Source: a bacterium (GTDB lineage Bacteria > Patescibacteriota > Minisyncoccia > Portnoybacterales > JAGGTM01). Taken from it: 33,743 nt of DNA. A model generated the notes under the pieces. That model did not search any database. It was not told the origin of the DNA and saw only the letters and a list, made by a program, of their open reading frames with translations. Below, one piece after another: positions 1 to 7,905 of this stretch (its first letter is position 1; every line of letters starts with the position of its first letter). A program made the translations under genes and the position numbers. Location of the stretch: positions 1 to 33,743 of the forward strand of contig JAGGTM010000044.1 of NCBI GenBank assembly GCA_021163745.1, read 5' to 3'.

Positions 1-152
1 AATATATTTTTAAAATTCTTTAGCAGTAATAGAAAAAAGCCTAAAACTAAAATCAAGTTCGGGAAAACACTATCAATAACAAACAAAGGAAACACACTAA
101 CCTGCAAAATATATGCTAAAAAAATAATCGGGAAAATAATGAAAGTAGTCAT
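1..152 (-). CDS. mreD: Rod shape-determining protein MreD (partial, runs off the window edge)
   Basis: Not in the ORF track. ATG at 152..150 is open to position 1. Translation MTTFIIFPIIFLAYILQVSVFPLFVIDSVFPNLILVLGFFLLLLKNF... is entirely hydrophobic. It lies directly downstream of mreB-mreC, as in canonical mreBCD. Confidence 0.55.
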   Translation of the reverse strand, partial: MTTFIIFPIIFLAYILQVSVFPLFVIDSVFPNLILVLGFFLLLLKNFKNI

Positions 153-220
153 GATTAGAGTTCTGTTTTCTTTTTTAGCTTATAAAGGAAGGTTTCTATC
201 TTTTAAAAGAATGTGATCCC

Positions 221-260
221 TCCCCGCCTAAATTTTTCTTTGAAAAAACTTAGGCGGGGA
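221..260. other. GC-rich stem-loop in the mreC-mreD spacer
   Basis: tccccgcctaa (221-231) pairs perfectly with ttaggcgggga (250-260). The 18-nt A/T loop adds about 5 further pairs. No adjacent U-tract on the minus strand, so it is not a canonical terminator. Confidence 0.6.
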
Positions 261-263
261 ATA

Positions 264-1070
264 TTAAGAAGAGGGTATTATAACAAATACATTTTCCAAT
301 TTATAAAAACAAACTGGTGAACTTACTTCTATCTGTTGAAAAACACGGGCATGCGAAGAAAAAATATTCTCTATTTTCCCCACCAGCAATCCTCTAGGAA
401 ATATAGAATCCAGACCAGATGTAATTACAGTCTCATTTTTGGAAACCTTTTCTTTAACGGGCACCAAATCAAGAAACAACTTTGCCCCATCCCCTCTCAG
501 AAGAGCAGGGATCCTTGATTCCTGAGTCATAACACTAACCTTTGAACTAGGGTCAATTATCAGAATAACTTCACAAGAATGAGAGAAACATTTTCTTGTT
601 TTTCCTATCAAAATATTACCGCCAATGATAACAGGCATATTCTTTTTTACCCCGTCTGAAACTCCCTTATCTATAAGAATAAATCTATTTAAACTTTGGA
701 GCCCATACCCTATAACTCTTGAAAAGATCAGTTTTTGTTCCTCTTCGCGTTCTATGTTTAACTGTTTTTTTAAAAATATATTTTCTTTCTCCAGTTCTTT
801 TAATCTTGTTACTTCTCCCTTTAGTTTTAAATTCTCTAACCTTAAACTCTGATTTTCGTGATATACTCTTTTTGCAAAACAAACCCAAGAAATAAAATCA
901 TCTATACTAAGACCAACTTTATAAACATATCCTTGAACTGGAGAAACTACTTTATAAAAGAAATTCTTTGGTAAACTCAATGCTCCCAAAAAATTTAAAA
1001 AAATAAGCCCGAGAACTATGGCTGTCAAAATTATGGGTTTGAAAAATTTCTTGAAATTAAATGAAAACAT
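264..1070 (-). CDS. mreC: Rod shape-determining protein MreC
   Basis: 268-aa ORF with an N-terminal TM segment, a coiled-coil region (LRLENLKLKGEVTRLKELEKEN) and a C-terminal beta domain typical of MreC. It lies between mreB and mreD. Confidence 0.85.
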   Translation of the reverse strand: MFSFNFKKFFKPIILTAIVLGLIFLNFLGALSLPKNFFYKVVSPVQGYVYKVGLSIDDFISWVCFAKRVYHENQSLRLENLKLKGEVTRLKELEKENIFLKKQLNIEREEEQKLIFSRVIGYGLQSLNRFILIDKGVSDGVKKNMPVIIGGNILIGKTRKCFSHSCEVILIIDPSSKVSVMTQESRIPALLRGDGAKLFLDLVPVKEKVSKNETVITSGLDSIFPRGLLVGKIENIFSSHARVFQQIEVSSPVCFYKLENVFVIIPSS

Positions 1071-1080
1071 TATTCAAAAA

Positions 1081-1458
1081 GTCAAATCTCAAAACTCCCG
1101 CTCCAAAGGAGCGAGGCTCGCCCAGCCCTACTTTTGGAACAAAAGTAGGGCTGGGCGAGCAAAACTCAAATCCAAATCTTAAATCTCAAAACAAATTTAA
1201 GCTCAAAGCTCAAAGTGCAAAGTGCCCCGAAAGAAAGCCTGCGGCTTTCTACGGGGCAAGCAAAGCTAAAGCGTAAAGCTTAAAGCTAAAAAAGAAAAAT
1301 TTCGCTTTGCGCTTTGATTTGTAGTTTTGCGCTTTGCGCTTTGCGCTAAAATTAGTTTTGAATTTCAAACATTTGAATTTTGAATTTGCCTGCCCACCTA
1401 AGTTTTGTAAAACAAAACTTGGGCGAGTAAAGGATTTGTAATTTGTGCTTTGGGATTT
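1081..1458. repeat. Mosaic intergenic element copy E1 (heptad arrays plus hairpin modules)
   Basis: Fills the mreB-stop to mreC-start spacer. Contains 7-nt arrays (caaatct, ctcaaag/gcgcaaag and complementary ctttgcg, ttttgaa). Hairpins: 1096-1117; 1116-1160 (20-bp perfect stem, 5-nt loop); 1224-1257 (module C); 1391-1427 (K-type, aagttttgt/acaaaactt). Bases 1188-1287 are about 96% identical to 12900-12999. Confidence 0.85.
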
Positions 1459-1460
1459 AA

Positions 1461-2516
1461 TCATCCTTGTGGAGGTTCTTCGTGCTCTGTACTAACTAAA
1501 ACATCTCTCAACGCTTCTATATCCTCAAGTACAACTCCCGTTCCCCTTGCTACAGCAGTTAATGGATCTTCTGCAATTTTAACAGGCATTTCAGTTTGTT
1601 CTCTTATTAATTTATCTAAGTTTCTCAGTAAGCTTCCTCCACCTACCAAAATAATCCCTTTTTCCATAATATCTGATACCAACTCTGGAGGAGTTTCTTC
1701 AATTGCCGACTTAATAGTATTGACAAGTGTTTTAATAGAACGACTCATTGCCTTACGAACATCCTCGTCTGTTAGGATTATCTCTTTTGGCAAACCGCTT
1801 ACTAAATCTCTTCCTCTTACAACAATATCTAAATTATTTTCCAACGGATATGCAGATCCAATCTTTATTTTTACATCTTCGGCAGTCCTTTCTCCTAAAA
1901 GCAAGTTAAATTCTTCTCTGGCATATTGAACAATATCCTCATTCAATTTGTCTCCCGCTATTCTCAAACTTTTGTTTACTACAATTCCACCCAAAGAAAT
2001 TACAGCCACTTCTGTAGTACCTCCCCCTATATCAACAATCATATTCCCAGCGGGTTCCTGAACGGGGAGGCGCGCGCCAATTGCACCTGCCATTGGCTCT
2101 TCAATTAAATACACCTCCCTTCCCCCTGCATTTTTAACTGCATCCTCAACCGCTCTTTTTTCAACTTCAGTAACGCCGGAAGGAATTCCAATAACTACTC
2201 TGGGACGAGGTAAAATAGAAAGTGTCTCTCTATGAACTTTATCAATAAAATATTTAAGCATTTGTTCGGTAACTTCAAATTCCGAAACTACACCTCCCAC
2301 TAATGGTCTAGAGGCAACTATATGAGACGGGGTCTTGCCCACCATTTTTTTTGCCTGTTCTCCGATGGCCAAAACCTGCCCGGTTTTCTGATTAATTGCC
2401 ACAACCGATGGTTCATTTATTACAATCCCTCTTCCTCTTACATAAACCAAACTATTAGCAGTTCCCAAGTCAATACCTATATCTTTAGAAAATATGCCAA
2501 ATATTTTTGTAATCAT
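1461..2516 (-). CDS. mreB: Actin-like rod shape protein MreB
   Basis: 351 aa with the MreB signatures DLGTANSLVY, IDIGGGTTEVAVISLGG and GGGSLLRNLDKL. Confidence 0.95.
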   Translation of the reverse strand: MITKIFGIFSKDIGIDLGTANSLVYVRGRGIVINEPSVVAINQKTGQVLAIGEQAKKMVGKTPSHIVASRPLVGGVVSEFEVTEQMLKYFIDKVHRETLSILPRPRVVIGIPSGVTEVEKRAVEDAVKNAGGREVYLIEEPMAGAIGARLPVQEPAGNMIVDIGGGTTEVAVISLGGIVVNKSLRIAGDKLNEDIVQYAREEFNLLLGERTAEDVKIKIGSAYPLENNLDIVVRGRDLVSGLPKEIILTDEDVRKAMSRSIKTLVNTIKSAIEETPPELVSDIMEKGIILVGGGSLLRNLDKLIREQTEMPVKIAEDPLTAVARGTGVVLEDIEALRDVLVSTEHEEPPQG

Positions 2517-2603
2517 AAAACAAAATTAATTCTAAATTTTCAACTTTCAAGTGAATTAAGAAATCAAATTATTAAAAATTATTTGAAATATATGATTAAA
2601 GAC

Positions 2604-2625
2604 TAAAACGCGATTTTCAATCCCG
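2604..2625 (-). terminator. Weak candidate intrinsic terminator after proS
   Basis: On the minus strand, cgggatt-gaa-aatcgcg (6 of 7 bp) is followed by TTTTAG. It lies 25 nt downstream of the proS stop. Confidence 0.3.
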
Positions 2626-2650
2626 CACCGTAGCCATAATCTTTATTCAT

Positions 2651-3892
2651 TTAGAATCTAAATTTCGAGACGATACTATCGATCTTTACTAATTCCGCCT
2701 TATCTTCATCTCTCCTCTTAACCTCCACACATCCCTTAGATAAAGTCCTTTTGCTTACCACAACCCTATAAGGTATTCCTATCAAATCCGCCTCCGCAAA
2801 CTTTTCTCCGGGAGATTTATCTGTTCTGTCATCGTACAACACTTCTATGTTATTTTTCTTAAAATCTCTGTAAATTTTATCGCTTATTTTTTCTATTGCT
2901 TCTTTGTCTTCTAACTTTATTAAGTGCACAGCGTAAGGAGCAACCTCTTCTGGCCAAATAATTCCGTTTTCATCATTATTTGTTTCCACTATTGCACCCA
3001 TTAACCTCCCTAAGCCAATCCCATAACATCCCATTATAACCGTTTTATTCTTCCCATTTTCATCTTTGAAGGTAAGATTAAATGCCTTGGAGTATTTAAT
3101 TCCGAGTTTAAAAATATTTCCCACCTCTATTGCATTTTTCTTAACAAAATTATTATTTCCGCAAACAGGACATCGGTTAAATTCTGATTTTACCTCTTTA
3201 TTAATAGCAAAGTCGCATTCGGAGCAAATGTGAATAGTATCTTCTCCCGCCGAACAAATGGTCTGAAATTCGTGAGAATAATCAGAGAAAGTTCCTCCGG
3301 AAGCCAAAGTTAAATAGGTAAACGGGAGAACACCGCATCTCTCAAAAATTTTGAAATAAGCATTTTTTACCCTCTCATAATAATTATCTAAATCGCTCTT
3401 TGAATAATGAAAGGAATAAAGATCCTTCATTATAAATTCCTTTGTCCTCAAAATTCCAGATTTTGGCCTTAACTCATCGCGCATTTTTACCTGAATTTGA
3501 TAAACGTATTTTGGCAAATCTCTGTAGGAAGAAATAACCTTTTTAGCCAAAGGGGTAATTATTTCCTCATGAGTCCAAGACAAAGCATACTCTTTGTCAG
3601 ACTGGGACTTTAATTTAAATATTTCTTTAATGCCCCATCTATTTGTCTTCTCCCAAAACTCTTTTGGATGTAAAGCAATCAAGTAAACTTCTTGAGCATC
3701 TATATTATTCATTTCTTCTCTTATAATGTCTTCAATTTTTTTATGCACTCTGTAACCCAAAGGCAAAAAATTGTAAAGACCTGAAGAAACTTTATCTATA
3801 AAACCGGCGCGAATTAATAGTTTAGCGCTCACGCTCTTTTCGTCTTTGGGTGCTTCTTTTAGTGTTTTTGAAAAAAGTTTTGATTGCCTCAT
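2651..3892 (-). CDS. proS: Prolyl-tRNA synthetase, minimal bacterial type without the INS editing domain
   Basis: Class II motifs are present (LRTKEFIMKDLYSF, GCYGIGLGRLMGAIVE) plus a C-terminal anticodon-binding domain. I start at the ATG at 3892 (MRQSKLFSKTLKEAP matches the canonical N-terminus). The track start at 3898 is a TTG inside the repeat. Confidence 0.9.
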   Translation of the reverse strand: MRQSKLFSKTLKEAPKDEKSVSAKLLIRAGFIDKVSSGLYNFLPLGYRVHKKIEDIIREEMNNIDAQEVYLIALHPKEFWEKTNRWGIKEIFKLKSQSDKEYALSWTHEEIITPLAKKVISSYRDLPKYVYQIQVKMRDELRPKSGILRTKEFIMKDLYSFHYSKSDLDNYYERVKNAYFKIFERCGVLPFTYLTLASGGTFSDYSHEFQTICSAGEDTIHICSECDFAINKEVKSEFNRCPVCGNNNFVKKNAIEVGNIFKLGIKYSKAFNLTFKDENGKNKTVIMGCYGIGLGRLMGAIVETNNDENGIIWPEEVAPYAVHLIKLEDKEAIEKISDKIYRDFKKNNIEVLYDDRTDKSPGEKFAEADLIGIPYRVVVSKRTLSKGCVEVKRRDEDKAELVKIDSIVSKFRF

Positions 3893-3895
3893 AGA

Positions 3896-3996
3896 CAAAG
3901 CTCAAAACTCAAAGCGCAAAGCTCAAAACTACAACTCAAAGCGCAAAGCGAAATTTTCTTTTTCAGCTTTGAGTTTTACGCTGTAGCTTTGTGCTA
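3896..3996. repeat. Mosaic intergenic element copy E2 (short)
   Basis: CAAAG-type heptad array, then a turn (aaattttctttttc), then the complementary ctttg array. Bases 3921-3967 are the reverse complement of E1 1285-1332 (about 43 of 48 nt). Confidence 0.8.
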
Positions 3997-4014
3997 AAGA
4001 TGTAATGTCCGGGC

Positions 4015-5094
4015 TTAAAAAAACCTCAAAATATCTCTATAAGTAACTATAATCATCAAAATAATCAAAATAGCAAAGCCAATAGAATGTGCTATTTTCT
4101 CTGCTCTTTCACTTACCGGCTTCCCTTTTATTTTTTCTATAATAAGAAACAAAAGCCGCCCTCCATCCAATGCCGGGAAGGGAAGAATGTTTATAATTGC
4201 TAAATTTATAGAAATAAAAGCAGTTAATTGAAGCAGATAAATGAAGCCCAACTTTGCCGCTTTTTCTGTGATGACAAAAATCCCCACGGGACCGGCAATT
4301 TCACCTATAAGTTTACCAGTAGTAATAAGTTCTACAAATATTTTTACAAGTACAGAAAAAATAATATAAATCAGATTTATTGTTTCTTTTATCCCCATAA
4401 ATATCGCTTTGTGAATTGGATAAAAAACAGTACCCACTCTAGTAAGTCCTACTCCCATAGCTCCTTGATTTTGCGGCGGATTTTCCCTAGGGATTAATTT
4501 CTTTTCCAGAATATTATCTCCTCTTTTTATGGTTACAATAACCTCTTCTCCCTTGTATTTATTAACAAACTCCTGAACTTGCTCGACTTTAGTAACATTC
4601 AACTTATCATCTTCTTTTCTTAATTGAATAATTGAATCTCCTGTTGCAATTCCCGCTTTTTCTGCCGGAGAATTATGGGATACAGAAACAATTTTAACTT
4701 CAGCACTTTTTACATTTACAGCAGTGTCTTCTATAGACTGCGGCAATCCAATGCTATACCCAATAGAAAGCAAGACAACTGCCAAAACAAGATTCATAAT
4801 AACTCCCGCAGATAAAACTGCTGCTCTGGTTAAAGTGCTCTTGCTAGAAAAAGAACGGTCGTCATTTCTCCCTTCTCCTCCCTCTCCGTAAATTTTCACG
4901 AATCCGCCTACCGGAAATAAATTTAAAGAATAAATAGTTTCTCCCCTCTTAATTCCAAAAATTCTTGGAGGAAAACCAAACCCAAATTCATCTACTCTTA
5001 TTCCGGATTTTTTTGCCGCATAAAAATGCCCAAATTCATGAACAAAAATAAGCAAACTAAGTATTATAATAAAAACTAATATATAAAAAACCAT
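4015..5094 (-). CDS. rseP: Site-2 protease RseP / M50 zinc metalloprotease with PDZ domain
   Basis: Has HEFGHF (the HExxH motif) in the first TM helix, a central PDZ-like segment and a C-terminal LDGG motif (FPALDGGRL). Confidence 0.9.
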   Translation of the reverse strand: MVFYILVFIIILSLLIFVHEFGHFYAAKKSGIRVDEFGFGFPPRIFGIKRGETIYSLNLFPVGGFVKIYGEGGEGRNDDRSFSSKSTLTRAAVLSAGVIMNLVLAVVLLSIGYSIGLPQSIEDTAVNVKSAEVKIVSVSHNSPAEKAGIATGDSIIQLRKEDDKLNVTKVEQVQEFVNKYKGEEVIVTIKRGDNILEKKLIPRENPPQNQGAMGVGLTRVGTVFYPIHKAIFMGIKETINLIYIIFSVLVKIFVELITTGKLIGEIAGPVGIFVITEKAAKLGFIYLLQLTAFISINLAIINILPFPALDGGRLLFLIIEKIKGKPVSERAEKIAHSIGFAILIILMIIVTYRDILRFF

Positions 5095-5152
5095 AATTTA
5101 ATTTTTACTCCATACTACGGTTTTGCGACCACGGCACAGGGTAATGTGGATT

Positions 5153-5710
5153 TTATACATTAAGAATTTCCTTTTCTTTTCTTTCTGCTAACTCCTCAAC
5201 TTTTTTATTGTATTCATCTATAACTTCTTGAAGTTTATCTTTCCCTTTATATTTTTCATCTTCGGAAATTTTCCCGTCTCGATAAAGAGATTGGATCTCT
5301 TTCCATGCTTCTTCCCTTTGCATTCTGATGCTTACTCTCACCTCCTCTACTTTCTGGCTCAAAATTTTAGTTAAATTTTTCCTCTGTTCCTCATCCAATG
5401 GGGGAATAATTAAACGAATTATCTCTCCATCTATTACCGGATTTAAACCAAGCTTGGACTCCCGAATGGCTTTTTCAATATCTTTAATTATGCTCTTATC
5501 CCATGGATCTATCATTATAACTCTTGGCTGCGGGCAATTTATAGCCGCCAGTTGCCTTAATGGCATTTTAGAACCATAACATTCTACTTGGATATTTTCT
5601 ACCAATGACGGAGAAACCCTACCTGCTTGTAAAGTATTCAATTCATTTTTCAAGTACTCTACGGCTTTATCTAAATTTGGCTTGATTTTATTAATAATTT
5701 CCTGATACAT
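5153..5710 (-). CDS. frr: Ribosome recycling factor
   Basis: 185 aa, full-length match in pattern to Frr (LRTGRA-like LQAGRVSPSLVENIQV, PPLDEEQRKNL). Confidence 0.95.
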   Translation of the reverse strand: MYQEIINKIKPNLDKAVEYLKNELNTLQAGRVSPSLVENIQVECYGSKMPLRQLAAINCPQPRVIMIDPWDKSIIKDIEKAIRESKLGLNPVIDGEIIRLIIPPLDEEQRKNLTKILSQKVEEVRVSIRMQREEAWKEIQSLYRDGKISEDEKYKGKDKLQEVIDEYNKKVEELAERKEKEILNV

Positions 5711-5720
5711 AAAATTAAAA

Positions 5721-6551
5721 TTATATTTCCAACATTAAATTCTCCAGAACCAATCTCGAGTTAATAGAAGAATTCATCAAAAGTAAACGAGCATTCTTTA
5801 TTTTAAGGATAATATCTCTTAATTTTCTTATACTGTAACTCACATTTACATTATTTTTGGTGCTATCTACCATAAATCCCTGACATCCAATTTTTTCAAA
5901 AAGGACATCTCTGAAAAATATAATCCAGTATCTCAAAATATTATTAGCATAAGAAACATCCTTTGCAATATTTTCGGCATATAATAATCTCTCATTCAAG
6001 TCCGAATTTAACAGATTTAAAATCTCATTAATGCTTTTTTTGTAAGTTTTATCATTTAAAATCTCTTTCTTCATTTCTGAAATAGAAGGATGTGGGAAAT
6101 TAATAACTTGCGAGCGAGAGACAATCGTAGGAAGCAAGAAATTGGGATAGGAGGTAATCAAAATTAAAATTGATTTTTCAGGCGGTTCTTCCAATGTTTT
6201 AAGCAAAGCATTTGAGGCCTCTTTTGTCATTGCCTCCGCATTGTTTATAATAGCAATTTTAAAATTGGATTTAAATGGGAATAAACTTAATTTATGAATT
6301 AATTCTCTTATGTGAGAAATCTCAATTGTGGGTGCATCAACTATGATAAGGTCGGGATGAAACTTATAAGGGTTGATTCCTAATATTTTTGCGAATTCCA
6401 AAGCAACTTTTCTTTTTCCTGTATTTTCAGGACCTTTGAATAAATAAGCATGGGAAATTTTGTCTTTTTCTATACTTTTTTTTAAAAACTCTATAATTTT
6501 TAAGTGTGATTTTTTCATTTTTTTTAATTTTATTAATTTCAATTCTACCAT
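5721..6551 (-). CDS. holB: DNA polymerase III delta-prime subunit
   Basis: AAA+ clamp-loader fold motifs (HAYLFKGPENTGKRKVA, NALLKTLEEPP, SRSQ). The track start at 6590 is a TTG lying inside the terminator hairpin of the upstream gene. I prefer the ATG at 6551; the ATG at 6518 is also possible. Confidence 0.75.
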   Translation of the reverse strand: MVELKLIKLKKMKKSHLKIIEFLKKSIEKDKISHAYLFKGPENTGKRKVALEFAKILGINPYKFHPDLIIVDAPTIEISHIRELIHKLSLFPFKSNFKIAIINNAEAMTKEASNALLKTLEEPPEKSILILITSYPNFLLPTIVSRSQVINFPHPSISEMKKEILNDKTYKKSINEILNLLNSDLNERLLYAENIAKDVSYANNILRYWIIFFRDVLFEKIGCQGFMVDSTKNNVNVSYSIRKLRDIILKIKNARLLLMNSSINSRLVLENLMLEI

Positions 6552-6555
6552 ATTT

Positions 6556-6587
6556 TTGGAAAATAACAAGCGGCCCAAAGGGCCGCT
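6556..6587 (-). terminator. Intrinsic terminator of the 429-aa gene
   Basis: On the minus strand, GCGGCCC-TTT-GGGCCGC (a perfect 7-8 bp GC stem at 6569-6587) lies immediately after the TGA stop and is followed by TTGTTATTTTCC. Confidence 0.6.
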
Positions 6588-7876
6588 CAATTTATTCTTC
6601 TTAAATAGGGAATCTCTCTGCGCAGTTCATAACTGCGCAACTTTTTCTTTTTGGAGCCTAATTTATAAAATTCTAAAATCCATCCATTTTTTCTTCTTAC
6701 GGGTCTCATTTCTATAATATCTCCTATTGTGCAACAATTGCGTAGTTTCACTTCCAATCTTTTCCTACCTACTCGTCCTATGAAAAACACAGCATCCTTC
6801 TCCAATTTTTTCCTTATAGGAAAGAGGGGTATCTTGTCACTGCTCTTAATATAATCCTTAATGGATTGATTTAACTTGAAATTGTATAATATAAATTCTT
6901 TTCCTTTTCCTCCTTTCACAAAATATAATTTTCCATCCTCTAAAGATTTAAATATCCACCCATAATATTTAACAAACCTGAATTGCGATAAAGTTAATTC
7001 AGAACCAATCGGAGCACCGTCTTTACATACTCTGCCTTCTATAACGTTTCCCTTATATTTTCCGAGGAAGAATTTTTTTTCTCCTTTCCTATTTCTGCTC
7101 CTTACTTTAATTTTAATTCTGGGTATTTTTCTCTTTTTTTTAAACTTTCCTTCTGCTATAATTTTTACTACATACCTCCTATTTGAAATATTGGCGATTT
7201 CCTTAATTCCAGAAACCAGCAGAATCCCTAGTGTTCTTTTCACTCTTTTCCCCCAGAATGCTCCGGAAAAACTTCTGGAGACTAATCCAGTGTGCCAAAA
7301 CAAATAGAAAATCAACTTACATAATTCCTCTTCATTAAACTCGCCTAAAAATTTTTTCCAATATCTCATTTCATCATCTTTTTTCTTCCAAGGATTAAGA
7401 AGAATAAGAACCTGGGTCAGTATATCTATCATCTTCTTCTTATCTCTTTTTAACAGATAATTTAAAATAGCCCCTGTTCCTTCTCTGCTATATTTTTCTA
7501 TAAAACTCAATTTCCTTATTCCGTTCAAAAATAATTTACCTGGCTCCCTCAAAGATTTTTCAAACTCTTCTACTATTTCTTTCCATGTCTGACCTCGAAC
7601 CACCAGATTTTCTAATGCTTTCAGGGATACGCATGAAAATAATTCGGATGGAATTCCCAGTTTTCTTGCCCGATCGAATAATTTCTCTCTCTTTTTCTCT
7701 AAAAGATATTGTTCTTTTGATAATATCCTCAACTTATACCTTTTTTGAAGTATTTTAATGCTGTTTGGGTCTCCCTGTCTTGCTTTGTCTAATAATATCT
7801 TTCTTCTCTCTTTCTCTTTATCTAAAAACTCTTTAATCTTCGCACTGCTTCTATACATATCTTTAACTTTAAACAT
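6587..7876 (-). CDS. Hypothetical highly basic protein, 429 aa
   Basis: Long uninterrupted ORF preceded by the strongest SD in the window (AAAGGAGGTGAgaagaaATG). It has its own terminator. No motif I recognise. The C-terminal half contains two similar modules (FFLGKY..IEGRV..GWIFKS..YFVKG and FFIGRVGRKRLEV..GWILEFYKLG). Confidence 0.8.
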   Translation of the reverse strand: MFKVKDMYRSSAKIKEFLDKEKERRKILLDKARQGDPNSIKILQKRYKLRILSKEQYLLEKKREKLFDRARKLGIPSELFSCVSLKALENLVVRGQTWKEIVEEFEKSLREPGKLFLNGIRKLSFIEKYSREGTGAILNYLLKRDKKKMIDILTQVLILLNPWKKKDDEMRYWKKFLGEFNEEELCKLIFYLFWHTGLVSRSFSGAFWGKRVKRTLGILLVSGIKEIANISNRRYVVKIIAEGKFKKKRKIPRIKIKVRSRNRKGEKKFFLGKYKGNVIEGRVCKDGAPIGSELTLSQFRFVKYYGWIFKSLEDGKLYFVKGGKGKEFILYNFKLNQSIKDYIKSSDKIPLFPIRKKLEKDAVFFIGRVGRKRLEVKLRNCCTIGDIIEMRPVRRKNGWILEFYKLGSKKKKLRSYELRREIPYLRRIN

Positions 7877-7905
7877 TTCTTCTCACCTCCTTTTTATGAT
7901 AAATT

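Noticed and set aside
1061-1464. Track ORFs lying inside mosaic elements: 1061-1276 (+), 1249-1464 (-), 15668-15895 (-), 15701-15910 (+), 22204-22389 (+).
   Set aside because: Their translations are low-complexity read-outs of the heptad arrays and hairpins (for example KSQNKFKLKAQSAK and FKCLKFKTNF). They are not conserved in frame between homologous element copies, and the copies occur in both orientations. They are not credible genes.
2609-2636. tRNA-like 3' end (ttcaatcccgc...accgtagcca, a T-loop-like sequence plus CCA).
   Set aside because: The T-stem does not pair and the upstream 50 nt cannot form D or anticodon arms. On the minus strand the same bases form a weak terminator-like hairpin after proS.
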